A stretch of DNA of 64,000 nucleotides from Octopus sinensis (taxonomy: Eukaryota): contig NC_042998.1 in NCBI RefSeq assembly GCF_006345805.1, positions 74,214,001 through 74,278,000 of the forward strand, given 5' to 3'. A program made the position numbers and the translations under genes. How positions within the stretch are numbered: position 1 is the first letter of the stretch; every line of letters starts with the position of its first letter. The notes beneath the pieces were generated by a model. That model did no database searches, was not told where the DNA came from, and saw nothing but the letters and a program-made list of their open reading frames with translations. Below, in pieces: positions 1-13,838 of the stretch.

Positions 1-47
1 CGCGCATATGAAAATATATATGTATTTATGTATGTGTGTTTGTATAC

Positions 48-80
<33 letters not shown>

Positions 81-344
81 GTACGTGTGTATGATATATA
101 TGTGTATGTGAGTGTGTATGTATATATGTGCGTGTGAGTGTGTATATATATATATATATTTGTATGTGTGTGTATATATGTATGTATGTATGTAAACGTA
201 TATGTATATATAAACAAACACATACGCGTACATGTTATATTGAAATAATTTGTTATTATTGAGGATATTTGGACCAACATAGGATGGTGGTGAGTTCCAA
301 GCAAACTGAATCGGATATCCATGTTTAGCCTCTTGTGGGCAATA

Positions 345-545
345 AAGAAATAAGAAACGTTAGCACGCCGGTGAAATGCTTAGCAGTATTTCGTCTGTCT
401 TTACGTTCTGAGTTCAAATTCCGCCGAGGTCGACTTTGCCTTTCATTCTTTCGGAGTCGATAAATTAAGTACCAGTTGCATACTGAGGTCGATCTAAACG
501 ATTGGCCCCCTCCCCAAAACTTTCAGGCCATATGCTAGAGTAAAA
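345..545 (+). mobile_element. tRNA-derived SINE family A, 5'-truncated copy
   Basis: AAACGTTAGCACGCCGG..GAGTTCAAATTCCGCCGAGGTCGACTTTGCCTTTCAT..GTCGATAAATTAAGTACCAG. Homologous to the full copy at 62270. Confidence 0.85.
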
Positions 546-689
546 AAAAATATCTATTACATCTAAGATAGTTTCCTCCGCATTCGTTCTTTTCATCTAT
601 CATGTGTGTCTGTTTATATGTAAATGTGTGTGTGTGTATGCATGCATATATATTTATACACACTCATGACATAGAAAACAGCAGTTTGT

Positions 690-1830
690 TCCTGCAAGCC
701 AGCATACAGTGGGTCAACACACCGTGAGTTACAGTTCATATTCGTGGATGGAACAAACTCTTGGTTTGGTGGAAGGTAACTTGGTAGTGGACTATGGAAA
801 ACCATAAAAGCTAAGGGGCAAGTCTGGAAAGAGTCGAGGAAAGACAGAGAGCGAGGATTAGTATTAGGTTGATAGATGTGATAAGCGTCAGAGATATCTA
901 GCGAAGAGTGAGAGACGAAGCCGAAAGTAAGAAATTTTCTTATGCATGCCGTAAGTATCTGGGGCATGAGGTATTCCGGAGTGTGAAGTAATGCGTCAAG
1001 ATAAAACAAGACATCGATGGCTTCCTCCCTCTCAGCCATGCTGCGACAAGGACGTGGAACCGCTACTAGTGTCTGATAAAGAGAATATATGGGGAAAGAG
1101 GGATTAATCCAAGTAAATCCAACAGTGAGGCCAACACGTGTGACTGTTTATGGAAGAAAGAGCCATTAAGAATATGAAGGTAGGAAAAGTAGTTAGGCCA
1201 AAAGAGACAGTTGCCGAGGAGCTTGTATTATTCGGTCAAGTAGAGGATGCACAGGTAACTCGCTTAGTAAATCAGGTTATCCAGAAAAGTGTCACCCCTG
1301 CCCTCCAATAACTGGCATAGTAGTGATATCTTCAACCCTGGGCGGACAAAAAGTTATGTTTTGGCAAGAAATAACTACAGAGGCATTAAACTAATGAACC
1401 ATGTCATAAAAGTAGCAGAGAATGTTATAACAGATGTTTAAATGAAATACAAATTTGTATTGTGATAAATGAGGAACCATGAATACTTTTTCTAAGAGAA
1501 GAAGCAACAGGAGAATTTCTGAGCCAAGCACAAACCATTACGCCTAGCATTTGTTGGCTCGGGAAGCCTTCAGATACGATACGGGAAATGAATTCTGGCA
1601 GTCTTTAAGAAAACTGAGTTTAGAAGAATCGCTTCGGGAAGCTGAGTAAGCTGTATACATAGAAGATATTAGTTAAATTAGATTTGCAACGAAATGAGTT
1701 CAGTAATTTAGCATGCAAATACTTATCATAAGAGAAGCTCACACCTCACTCTCTTTATGATAATTTTCCAGGTCATAACAGAGGAACTCGAGGCTCGTTG
1801 CTCGTGAGAACTCTTGTATGAGACAAGTTA
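690..1830 (+). mobile_element. Decayed RTE-clade LINE reverse transcriptase fragment
   Basis: Broken frames give NNYRGIKLMNHVIKVAE (from 1370), QQENF*AKHKPLRLAFV and LIIFQVITEELEARCS*ELLYE, matching RTE RT motifs NYRGIKL, KPLYLAFVDLEKAF and CPWELLYADD. Many stops and frameshifts. Confidence 0.8.
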
Positions 1831-1924
1831 GCTCTCTAGTTCTATATTTAAGGGATGAGGAATTATGTACATTATTTACATTATTTATATTTGACGAATA
1901 TTTGTCCGCATCTTGTTAGTTGTT

Positions 1925-1970
1925 AACACAAAATTTCGGCTGATATACCCTCCAGCCTTCATCAAGTGTC
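1925..1970 (-). ncRNA. Degenerate hammerhead (H1), inverted partner of 2018-2063
   Basis: Minus strand GACAC-UUGAUGA-A-GGCUG..CAGCC-GAAAUUUU-GUGUU, with a C3U change and a broken helix III. Confidence 0.5.
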
Positions 1971-2017
1971 TTGATATACCCTCCAGCTTTCATCAAGTGT
2001 TGTCGAAATTTCCCCAA

Positions 2018-2063
2018 GACACCTGATGAAGGCTGGAGGGTATATCAGCCGAAATGTTGTGTT
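2018..2063 (+). ncRNA. Minimal type I hammerhead ribozyme (family H1), core intact
   Basis: GACAC-CUGAUGA-A-GGCUG(GAGGGUAUAU)CAGCC-GAAA-UGUU/GUGUU. Stem I is 5 bp, stem II is 5 bp, and there is an extra A after A9. Helix III carries a C-to-U change giving G.U pairs. Confidence 0.7.
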
Positions 2064-2730
2064 AACAACAAACAAGATGAGGACAAATATCCGTCAAATG
2101 TAAATAATGTAAATAGTGAACCAAATCAGTTCTAAACGTGGAAACAAAGACTACCAATAGCGAAATAACAATTCTTGGTCTGAGAATACGGAGTAAATAG
2201 GAACTGTATAAGTAAAGTAAACAATGGAGGTACAATATAGCTACCATAGCATAGAGAAGGAATTCATATATAATAAATGCACAGGAGCACTTAGCAATAA
2301 GAATAAACAAGAAATGAAATGTTTGAACGAAGTAGTGGATAGTTGTTTTTATCTATGAGGCTTAAACAACAGTAACGATGAAGGTTGGGAAAAATTAGTT
2401 TCTCGCAAGCAAATTAAGGAGTTTCTACCTCGGTTGACAATAAAACGCTTGTCTCCTTGAGTAAAGGGTAGGATTGCATGACGCTTGTATTACGAAGTAC
2501 GATATTAGTAGTGAAATATAGGCGCTGAACGTGAAGGACATACAAAGACAGGAAAGAAATGAGGCGAGTACAATCCGCAGAGTGTGCAATGTTAGTAAGC
2601 ATGACCATTAGAGCACAAGTATGCTGAAGGTAAAAACCAAACATCAGAGGTGTTTCCTTGATGCACTGAGAGAAGACTTTGGTAGTAATCTTTATCTGCT
2701 TTTGTCTTATTGTTTACTCGTTTCAGTTGT

Positions 2731-3060
2731 GAAGGCGCGTGGCTTAGTGGTTAGGAGCATTCATTCGGTTCATGATCGTAAGGTCGTGATTTCAAATACC
2801 CGGCGGCGCGTTGTGTCCTTGAGCAAGACACTTTATTTCACGTTGCTCCAGTCCACTCAGCTGGCAAAAATGAGTAGTACTTGTATTTCAAAGGGCCAGC
2901 CTTGTCACATTCTCTGTCACGCTGAATCTCCCCGAGAACTACGTTAAGGGTACACGTGTTTGTGGAGTGTTCACCCACTGGCATGTTAATTTCACGAGCA
3001 AGCTGTTCCGTTGATCGTATCAGCTGGGACCGTCATTGTCGTAACCGATGGAGTGCTCCT
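2731..3060 (+). mobile_element. tRNA-derived CORE-like SINE family C, near full length
   Basis: A-box GTGGCTTAGTGG, B-box-like GATTTCAAATACC, CORE-like TGTGTCCTTGAGCAAGACACTT. Homologues at 25935, 44655, 45024, 45175, 48395, 56470 and 63480. Confidence 0.8.
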
Positions 3061-3134
3061 TGTTTCGGTTATTACCTGCAGGGAGACCGTCTTGAAAGAT
3101 TTAGTCGAGCAGCTCAACCCCAGTATTTAATATT

Positions 3135-3385
3135 TTAAGTTTGGTACTTATTCTATCGGACTCTTTTGCCGAAACCACTAAGTTACGAGTACGTAAACAC
3201 ACTAACGCTTAACAACCGGTGGTTGAGGACAAAGACAAACACGCACACATAGATGTATACATATTTATACGAGGGGCTTCTTTCAGTTACTGTCTATCAC
3301 ATCCACTCACAAGTCTTTCGTCGTCTGGGGGCTAATAGTAGAAGATACGGTCGGGAAGCAAGTTTCTTACTATCTAGCCAGATGA
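3135..3385 (-). mobile_element. SINE family B, reverse partial copy
   Basis: Reverse complement of the ..GAAAGAAGCCC-(microsatellite)-..CGTAACTTAG..GATAGAATAAGTAC modules. Confidence 0.7.
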
Positions 3386-3619
3386 ATGAAAATAATCAAG
3401 CGCTGTATGTAGGACACTGCATGAGTTGAAAGTAGAAGGATGTGTGAGTATATATAGGTGATGAGGGATCAATTCGAAATGCCGATCCCGCGAAGATGAA
3501 GGGCCGGGCAACAAGTGGAGGGACGCGGTATTGAAACAGAGACGACCAGTCTATATCAGCGTGGAGAAAAGAATGAAAACTTGATACTCACGTGTATATG
3601 AATATATTCTAACAGTGTG

Positions 3620-3661
<42 letters not shown>

Positions 3662-3724
3662 AAAGAGAGAGAAAGAAAGAAATATTACTGTGTGTGTGCG
3701 AGAAAGAGAGAGAAAGAAAGAAAT

Positions 3725-3807
<83 letters not shown>

Positions 3808-4323
3808 TGTGTCTTTAAGGAAAGATATGTTATCTCTGGACTTACTTAAGTTAGAGAGCCAAAATCATTTATCAATAATTACTAAAGAAAGTAACGGCAA
3901 AACAGAGATTCTATCAATTTATATTGATATTCAGTACTCAGATGACCTCTATTCTACATCTCATAATTTCGTCGACATATAGTTTGCAAGGAAAATTAAA
4001 CTAATTCCAAGACATAAGAAATGCAGCTGAAATATATCGATACTTTCTCTCACACACTTTCGTACACACAAAGACGTACATAAGTATCTGTGCAGATATA
4101 TATATATATATAATACATCAATATATAATTATATACATATACATACACTTACTTATTCATATAAATAATTATATACATATATATATATATATACATATAT
4201 ATAAATTACATACATGTGTGTATGTATGCATATATATACATATACATACATGTATATATGTAATTTTAAACATATATATAGAATTTTATTTATATAATGT
4301 TATATATATAAAAATTATATATA

Positions 4324-4364
<41 letters not shown>

Positions 4365-5015
4365 GTATAAAATTATATGAATATATGTATATGTAAGTAT
4401 ATGTAAATATCTTTGTGTGTGTGTGTGTGTGTGTGTATGTATATATATATATTTATATATACAGAAAGAGTGCGGTAGGGGGGTATGACTAACAAAAAGA
4501 ATAGCTACTAGTAAAAATATATATTTAAGTCATGACCACATATACAGAGATATATCACTTTTTGGTTTCATTTGTTAACTTTTCTGTTAATATAGAGCCA
4601 AGTATGTTTCAGGCTATGTTAAGGAATAGGAACAAGGTGTATATCAAACGTACAGCAACTTCTTTGATCATTTCAGAGTAAATATATCCATTAAAATCAG
4701 TTACTTTTCTCATGACGAACTGTAGAGTCTCCACCGAGCGCCTACGGTACATTAAAAGTCAGAAATCACGTTTTTTTTTTCGTTTTTTCATTCGGCTATT
4801 TTCTGGTAACATACACATGTTCACGAAACAGATATACATATACACATGCCTCCTATTTGTGTGTGTGTAAGCGTGTATGTTTGTGTGTATGTATGTGTGT
4901 GTATATACACGCATGTACGTATATACATTCATACACAGAAATGCACATACACATACACACACGTACGAGCACACATAATGTAAGTCTTGATATCTGTGTT
5001 GTGTGAAAGCACACG

Positions 5016-5074
<59 letters not shown>

Positions 5075-5704
5075 ACATATATATATACATAGTACATACA
5101 TACATACATACATACATACATACATACATACATACATACATACATACATACATAAATACACACATACATACATACAGGACTCCACTTTACGTTGGGAAAT
5201 AGATTTTACTATGAAGTATTGTAACTACTTAGATCTCATTCGGAGATTTAAAACTAGCTGTTTTACTCATTACGAGATCAGTAACTGTCTGTCACTTACA
5301 TATTTATATACTGTGAGTAGTGTCGAGTAAGCTGCTGCCTCTGACCGACGGTTGGCCAGCACCGAGGACGGGAAATTATCCCAAAACCATTGGTCTGTTG
5401 GTACTGCTAGTGAATAGGAGGGAGTAGTACGCTCACAGTATATTTCAGACACAGAATAACCATCTGGAAAAGATGTTTTCTTGTGGTTAAATGGTTGTAA
5501 CATGGTCTTACGCAGGCCTGCCACCTTACGCTGGCAAATAGATTTTATTATGAAGTATCATTACTACTTAGATCTCATTCAGAGATTTAAAACTGGCTGT
5601 TTTACTCATTATATATATATTTATGTATATATGTATATGTGTGTGTGTGTGTGTGTATACGTATATATATATATACATACATATACATATATACATATAC
5701 ATAC

Positions 5705-6380
5705 ATCAGAACAACTGAATTTATCCAGCAAGTTCAACAGACCCTTGATTACAATGCCAGAAAGTCCAATTGCAAAATATCTCCATGTGTCAGAAGGAAC
5801 AGTCAGACATGTTGTCCACGAAGACATCAGATACAAGTCTTATAAGATGAAGAAAGGGCAATTTGTCAGAAATAGCAAAAGAAAGCCACTACATCAGATC
5901 TAAGAGGCTCTTAAACAAACTGGAAAATCCAGCAGAGTAAATTTGATTTGGTTTTTCTCAAACGAGAAAAACTTCGACCAAGATCAAAACGTTAACAGAA
6001 GAAATGCCGCCTACATTGAGATCCTGAAAATAATTGTTAAACCCTAGATAGACAGTGTATGCAATGGAAGGCCATGTGTGTTTCAATAAGACTCTGTACT
6101 ATCACACATGGCTCTAGTAACACAAGAATGCATGGCTGAAAATTTTCATGACCACATGACCCCTAACATTTGGCCTCCTAATTCCCAGATTGGACTATTA
6201 CATGTGGAGCGTTGTTGAGGGAGACGTCAATGAACACGCCCATAACACCAAAGATTCCTTGAGAGCTGCCATAGTCAGAGTAATGTCTAACATGAACCAG
6301 GACCACTTGATTTGGGCGTGTAGATTTAGATTTCTTATAGAAGCATTTGTTGAAGCTGAAGGTGATTTTATTGAATAACA
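5705..6380 (+). mobile_element. Tc1/mariner-superfamily (maT-like) transposase remnant
   Basis: Fragments IAKYLHVSEGTVRHVVHEDIRYKSYK, FSNEKNF, FQ*DS..SH and WPPNS..DYYMWSVVE, with stops, frameshifts and an internal deletion. Confidence 0.8.
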
Positions 6381-7734
6381 TTATAGAAAAGAATGTATGT
6401 ATGTTGTTAAACAATTTTAGGCTCAGTACTTCATCCAGAGAGGTCCCTTTAAACACGTAGAATGTTAACAGAAGCAGTATACTTTACAAAACCAGGGAAA
6501 ACGAACAACCCCGAAGGTAAGCAGGAACGACGAATATCGATAATTGTAGATATTTCTGCTCATCGAAGCTGTATACTTTTTTGTGTTTTTCTTTGTTTCT
6601 TACACTGCACGTCTTAAAAGGGCCCTCCCCTGGACGAAAAATCGCGGCCTAAAAGCATTTAACAACACACTTACTTGAAATACGTGACATTGATAATGTT
6701 TACGTTATCGAACTGCTTCTGACACAAGCGTGGAACGAAGTCATGGAAGGATCATTTGTTCTATCACACAATATGTTGAAAGCAAATCTGAAATTACCTT
6801 TTTAATCATAATTTTTGTAATTTTTAAAGTTTTCGTATCCTATATATAATTATGCCATTACAACTTCACTATAATTTTATGAAATATGTAAATTTCTTTT
6901 ATTCAACACACATCTTCCTGGTCTGAATGGACACCAGTCGTTGTTTCAGTTTCGTGTTGTCTAACGTCATTTTTCTTCATGACCAACAAATATCAAAGGT
7001 CAGGTGTGAGGAGGCTATTGCAGTTAGAATGTCTCAACAATAGCATTGTAGTCCGTGGTCTGTCTGTTGAGGTCAGCAAATGTCCTTTGAATCAAAATAG
7101 CTTTGAAATTTATTGGTCAAGCATAATTTACCGGTAGACAGCTCCAAGCTAGACGAATGGCCGATGTACATTTAAAGCAAGAAAACAAAAGACATACATA
7201 TGAATTTTGAAACTATTTTGTTTTTCCAATGAAGATAACTTTCAACAATGTTGGTGTCCAGTGAGTCAATAAATCATCCATAAAATGGTAGTCAGCCAGC
7301 TCAGGAAGTTTATGGCGGCTATCTTTGATTCAGAGAAGACATTCAGACTGCTGAAATTAACAGAGCGACACGACAAAGAGTTTTAACCTGTTGAATTTTG
7401 GATGTAGAGATAATTATGTTGTTATCTCAATTCGTCATTAATAATAATATTCTTAACTGATTTAACTATCACTAATTTCCTTAGTATTGTTATTACTGTT
7501 GTTGTTCAGCCCCAAAGCTTCGAATTTTTTTTCAGCTTACACAGGCAATAACTTCAGCCGTCACTTGCCAGCATCTATAGTTTAGTAGCATGTATTATGC
7601 TTTTACTAATTTTTAAGTGTCTATCTAATCAAGACTAGACGCAGATATTCTATGCATTTATAATACTACAATAAATAGTATTATCTGTGGTTCTGTTGAA
7701 ATTAATAAATTTTGTTTTCAATTTAGTTTTGTTT

Positions 7735-8570
7735 TACGAGGGCGGGATGAAAATTTCATAGGCTGACTAAAAAAGGAGTGTGATGCTAGAGCTGTGAAAT
7801 CTTGCAAGCATTAATTTCAACCTTTCTTATTAATAATCTGTTTTGGTTTCTGTCCAAGTAAACTAACATCTCACTCTTCAAAGACTTCAGAAGTAACTAA
7901 TTGCGACTTCTCTTGAAAATGGCCAAAATTTGGCATCGTGGTGTTATCAAGTACCTATGGAAAAAGGGTTTATCCCCCAAGGACATTGATACTGACATGG
8001 TTGTTACATTAGCGCATGACGCGCCAGCTTTATCAACTGTGCAAAAGTGAGTAACTGAATGTTGGTAGAGAACGGAGAGTACTGAAGATGATCCAAGGTT
8101 TGGACATCCTGCAACTGCCACCACCAAGGGAAATATTGATCGTGTTCACCACATGCTGATGGATGGCAGGGGATTGACCATAAATCAAATAACCATTACT
8201 ATTAGCATATTGCGTAAGAGAGTTGTCTTCAGGCACCTGATAAAAAGCGCATTATTTGAGGCAGATTCAGCTGGTTTCCTTCGACGTTTTCTACGCCAGG
8301 ATGAATTTTGGGCTCATCACTTTCAGTCTGGGACCCACGCCTCCTCAACTCTTCCAGAGAAGGCCAGCGTCGTTTCATCTGCAGGAAAGGTGATGGCCTC
8401 AGGTTTGGGGATGCAAAAGGCATTAGGCATTGTGTTTATTGACTATCTTCAAAAATATTACACAATCAACGGAGAGTACTATGCCAACTTGCTGAGGTAG
8501 ATACGGAAGGCTATTAAGACCAAAATCCCATGGAAACTGACGAAAGAATTGTCTTCAGGCACCTGGTCAA
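7735..8570 (+). mobile_element. Mariner element, internally deleted
   Basis: Begins TACGAGGG. HTH region HRGVIKYLWKKGLSPKDI..TEDDPRFGHPAT, catalytic-region QDEFWAHH, AGKVMAS and IDYLQK..TINGEYYANLL. Confidence 0.8.
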
Positions 8571-9218
8571 AAGCGCATTTGCAACCCTCTTTAACCACTG
8601 TAACCATGTTGCCTGCCTAATGAGGAGTGGTGTTTGATCGATTTCTATTGAGTTCCTAACGCTTTCTTGCTTGTTACAAACAATCAACTATGAGGAAAAA
8701 CTTTAAAATATATTTTTAAAAAAGAATGCTGGTTTAAACGAAAGTAAACTGATATATAAGAAAATAAAAAACTATAAAAATAATCTATGACAGAAAATCA
8801 GGAACATTAAATATGAAAATCCCAAATTTCCTGACATATTGTCACAATTGACAAATCGTTCTTACAAACAGAATAACGTCTTACAGATCTTCTTTCATAA
8901 AAGCTATTATGTCTTATTCAATTATTTTGAGTACAGAAAAATAGTCAAATAATATCCGCGAAAATATAATAACTAAAATTATCTAAAGCATTAAATTACA
9001 TTTTAAAATTTAGTCATATTCGGAGTCGATGTGTTTTTACCGACTTTGACTCCGAGAACCCACTAATTGCTTTCGACTCTAATCTTATCACCGACTGGAT
9101 CCCACAGATTGGATCCCACGAGTTTTAGTTAACTTCTCATTACCGATTTGGATCCCACAGACATGGAAAGAAACCGAGCCATAAACAGAGTGCGCGAGCG
9201 CAAAATAGTCCATCGACT

Positions 9219-9261
<43 letters not shown>

Positions 9262-9288
9262 ATTCATTGGCTCAATATCTTTTTGTCT

Positions 9289-9336
<48 letters not shown>

Positions 9337-9370
9337 AAATATAATATAAATACCATTTTTTCGATGGCCG

Positions 9371-9431
9371 GATAACTCAAGAGATGGCGGCGTGGGTTTC
9401 CGCCCCGACATCCGAAACTCGGAGTTTTATC
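9371..9431 (+). ncRNA. Degenerate hammerhead relic (separate family)
   Basis: GAUAA-CUCAAGA-GAUG..GCGG..CCGC..CAUC-C-GAAA-CUC(G)GAG-UU/UUAUC. Stem I is a perfect 5 bp and helix III pairs, but the core has G5C. Confidence 0.4.
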
Positions 9432-9572
9432 ATAGCTACTGAATAATTATCACATATTATATTTACAGATAAATTCCTCTATTTACATAATATCGAGGTC
9501 TCTTTCATTCTTTTGTTGTCTTACCATTTCTATCAATATATATATATACATATATACATATATATATCTACA

Positions 9573-9726
<154 letters not shown>

Positions 9727-10127
9727 ATGTATGTATGCATATATGACCTTTTATCTATTTCTGTATATCCTTTATATACACAACCATTTATCTATATCTA
9801 TTTACATCCTTATATATATATACATCCTTTTATCTATTTCTTTAAACATATTTGTGTGTATATATATGTATATGTGTGGGTGTATATAGATATTTGTATG
9901 TATGTGTGTATGCATGTATGTATGTATATATGTATGCAAATGTGTTATGTAAGTACGTATGCATATGAAAAGTTTCGAAAAAGTTATTAACAATGTTTTT
10001 TTTAAATCTTAGAAAAACGAAAGACACGAACCATTTGGAATGAAGATTTCGCATTGTGTATGTGTGTAGGCTCCTTCGTTGTTCAGTTTTTCAGACATAT
10101 GGAGTAATCCGTAGAGAAGGTATATAT

Positions 10128-10212
<85 letters not shown>

Positions 10213-10262
10213 ATACTAATATACTTATATATATATTTGTATGTGTATATATATATATATAT

Positions 10263-10376
<114 letters not shown>

Positions 10377-11314
10377 TATATATATATTATAATATATATA
10401 TATAATATATATACAAATATACTTGTGTATGTGTGTATTGCGTGATGTGTAACATGAACTTGTAGTTGACTGTATGCAAAGTCTCTTCTATGCTCTGATG
10501 CATATGTCTAGGTGTATGAGTATGTGTGTGTATGTGTGTGTGTGTGTAGAAGGTATGCTCGTGTGTGTCTAGATGGATATGTGAATGTATCTATGTATGC
10601 ATGTGTGTGTAAATGCTTGTGTGTATGCCTGTATGTATGTATGTACGTATGCATGTATGTACGTATGTATGTATGTATGTATGTATGTATGTATGTATGT
10701 ATGTATGTATGTATGTATGTATGTATGTATGTATGTATGTATGTGTTTGCTCATATCTCCATACAGGATTAGCTGCTTAAGAAATGGAAATATACATTAG
10801 ACACGCATAGTGTACACTTATGTTTTCTTAGACGATATTGAAGCAACTATCGATATAAGAGGACTTGCTGGATATAAACTTGCTTTTCTTTTTTTAACTG
10901 TTTCTTTATTTCTTCAAGTATATTCGATGGCAGTTGAATACAGTCTATAGCTGTTTTTGGTTATTTCTTCCGGAAGAATCCAAAAAGACATGCTACTTGA
11001 TATTTCAACAGATCGGTGAAGTTGTTTTAGTTAACTTATTACAGTAATAGTTTCTTGTTGACACAGAAGTAGTTTAGTGTTGAGGGACTGTAAGATTATC
11101 CTATGCTTTCGCTTCAGTGCAGTGTGAGATAAAGGTTTGCAATATCCGGGTAGATACTAGGATATAGTTAGTGACTACATTGTTTATTTTTGTTATTGTC
11201 TAATCTCAGATCCTGGGTGAAGTTGGTGCATTGATCTTTACCATTAGCATTTTTTTTTTCATTAATAGGCATTTAAAACCAACGCTGTAACTTTTGATAT
11301 CATATGTAGCTCAC

Positions 11315-11750
11315 AAGGAGGAGAGCTGACAGAATTGTTAGCGCATTTAATCCGAGTTCAAATTCTGTCGTTCTGAGACCAAATTCCGTCGATGTTCACT
11401 TTGCCTATCATCATTCAGGATCGATAAAATTAGTACCAGTCGAGGACTGGGGTCAATGTAATCGATTTGCCCACTGACTTGAAATTGCTGGCTTTGTGCC
11501 AAAAATTTCTAATCAGTATCATACAGAGCTCATAAGGCGGCGAGCTGGTAGAATCGGTAGGGTGCGGGGCAAAATGTTTAACTATTTCATCCATCTGTAC
11601 GTTCTGGGTTTAAATTCCGTCGAGGCCCACTTACCTCTCATCCATTCGGGATTGATAAGATCAGTATAAGTTGAACATTGGGGTCAGTGTAATCAACTTA
11701 CATCCTCCCCTGAAACTGCTGGTTTTGTACAAAAATTTCTAACCAATATT
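11315..11750 (+). mobile_element. Two tandem SINE family A copies
   Basis: Heads at about 11315 and 11534 (AAGGCGGCGAGCTGG), each ending ..GCTGG(C/T)TTTGT(G/A)C(C/A)AAAAATTTCTAA. Confidence 0.8.
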
Positions 11751-13069
11751 ATACGTAGCTCGAGAATAATAGCAATTTAATCATTTATAGTAATATATCA
11801 GTCTTTAGCAACCATACATGGTAACCACATACTGAATTAAATGAATAAATTAGAATCTAATTTGATAAATCACTTGCAACAATGCAACTGGATACCATGA
11901 CGTCTGAGTATTTAGCTTATAAAGAGCTGACTTATAATAAAAAGTGACTTTTAAATATATTTTAAAAACTTATAAATTAACCACAATTTACATATATCCA
12001 CATTGATTCCTATAAACAACTCTCGATATACAATAATTTTTTTGAGACAAAGAAACTATGACTATAGACCAACATGGTTAGTTTCTCTTGGGATTTGATA
12101 CTTTGATATTAAAACTGAATATCTGCTGTTTTACTTAGAACTTGCATGGGCGCCGCAATTAGGTATCAACATCTCGTCATTAACATAACGAAGTTGAACG
12201 CAAAAGAAAAGTTGTGATATTAAACTGTTAAATCAGGAACAAAGTTTTACAATCGATATAGGCAACATTTGAAGCCTATTTTCAGCGTGGAACAATATTT
12301 CTTATGATGTATGATATATTAGCAGTCATTTATAGCCGGATTTCGGCTATTTCCAGTAGCTAACTCTAGATGATCGATGTTCACAAAAATATTAGTGCAG
12401 ATTATTGCAACACAGCTTGTAAAAAGTCATAAGTTAATATAGCGTAAGATTCTCTGTCTAAAAGGTTCACCATATTATTGAACACGGCTAAAAACATCTC
12501 TTTATGCTACAAGGCACACCAATTTATTTTTAAAGAAGTGTTTTGATATATAAATAATATTTATTTTATTTATGTATATCTTTTTTATTTGAAAACAATA
12601 TTCTCGTAGCACTCCAGAAATGTAACTTGCAAAGGTTTTTCTTTCAAGTTTTTTTTAGTTTTTTTCAATAACCGAAGCCAATGGCTTCCCTTTCACTTTA
12701 TCTCAATCACCATCAAATACCATTCACTAACCAAAATGTTAAAACTTTTACATACCAACGCTTTACATCCTTCACTCAGTAACACACTCCACTTTTCATT
12801 TCCCATAATGTTACTCCATTTACTTAACAACACGCATCAACATACTATATTCCTATCACTCCCCAACTACGCTCCTTTCTCGTCACTACGTTATACCCTC
12901 CCTTCACTCATTAAAAAGACAGCATCTATAAAGCCGATCAACGCACTAAAAAGAGTAACTAAATCGACTCCAAATCACATAACTGTTTAAAAAACACCAT
13001 ATTAGAATACAAAAAGACAAGAGAATCAACCATTGATCAATAGGTCTGCTCAGTCTGAGTTACCTGTGG

Positions 13070-13082
13070 GTTACCCAGCAAC
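13070..13082. promoter_or_regulatory. Candidate RFX X-box GTTACC-C-AGCAAC
   Basis: Fits GTNRCC(N0-3)RGYAAC. The right half runs into a (CAA)n tract, so it may be a chance match. Confidence 0.25.
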
Positions 13083-13157
13083 AACAGCAACAACAACAAA
13101 TAAATCATAAGCCCTTAATTATCACCACGTTGTCTTTTCTTTGTCAATAGAATGATT

Positions 13158-13375
13158 AAGGTGGCGAGCTGGCAAAGTCGTTAGCACACTGGACAAAATC
13201 TTGAGTAACATTTCGTCCATCTTTACGTTCTGAGTTCAAATTTCACCGGTATCCATTTTCTCTTTCACCCTTTCGGGGTCGATAAAATAAATATCAGTTA
13301 AGTACTGGGGTTGATGTGATCGACTTAACCCTTCCCCAGAAATTGCTGACTTTGTGCCGAAGTCTGAAACCGTTA
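13158..13375 (+). mobile_element. SINE family A copy about 500 bp upstream of the tubulin
   Basis: GGTGGCGAGCTGGCAAAGTCGTTAGC..GAGTTCAAATT..CCTTTCGGGGTCGATAAAATAA.. Confidence 0.85.
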
Positions 13376-13696
13376 TTAATACATTTTTTATCGTTCCAAT
13401 TAGCTTACTGAACTTATATCATCTTCACCGAAACCAGTAGCATACAACCTTTACTTAAAAATAAACAGAAATTCTGTCTTCTAAATATTTATAATGCCTT
13501 ATCAGTTGCTGAAATTTTGTTGAAGACTATTAATATTCATAGGTCGTTAATAATGAACAATGACTAAATTAAAGTTGCAGGTGGACAATACTTACGAATT
13601 GAAATGGAACTGGTTAAGATAATTTTCTCACATCGAAAGAAAGAAAAAAATTTGTCGCAGAAATTAGTGTAAAGGATTTTTTTTTTTGTCTAGCAT

Positions 13697-13704
13697 TGAC
13701 GTCA
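13697..13704. promoter_or_regulatory. Palindromic CRE (TGACGTCA) about 175 bp upstream of the tubulin ATG
   Basis: Exact match to the CREB/CREM/ATF consensus in a repeat-free upstream region. Function not demonstrated. Confidence 0.35.
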
Positions 13705-13838
13705 TAATGATAACGTAAAACGTAAGAATTTTATAGGAAAATATTCTAACCATAATTTCCATCACTTCTCTCTAATTTTGTTGTCCCTTCCTTTACGGAA
13801 GAGTTTCGATAAAAATCCAGTCTAAAATAAGATACGGA

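Larger units (their letters stand above)
1838..2114. mobile_element. Inverted pair of Penelope-like terminal repeats (pLTR), hammerhead family H1
   Basis: Arms about 1866-1973 and 2013-2114 are reverse complements. The same repeat forms the 3' end of the GIY-YIG elements at 47.7 kb and 59.9 kb. Confidence 0.8.

Noticed and set aside
614-1039. 141-aa minus-strand ORF
   Set aside because: It is antisense to the RTE remnant and ends in a microsatellite; no recognisable domain.
6461-6516. Possible exon MLTEAVYFTKPGKTNNPE with an AAG|GTAAGC donor
   Set aside because: It sits at the end of a transposon remnant, has a weak acceptor, and has no supporting partner exon.
12690-12990. Mitochondrial insertion (NUMT), suggested by the strand skew
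   Set aside because: No mitochondrial protein, tRNA or rRNA motif was recognisable on either strand.
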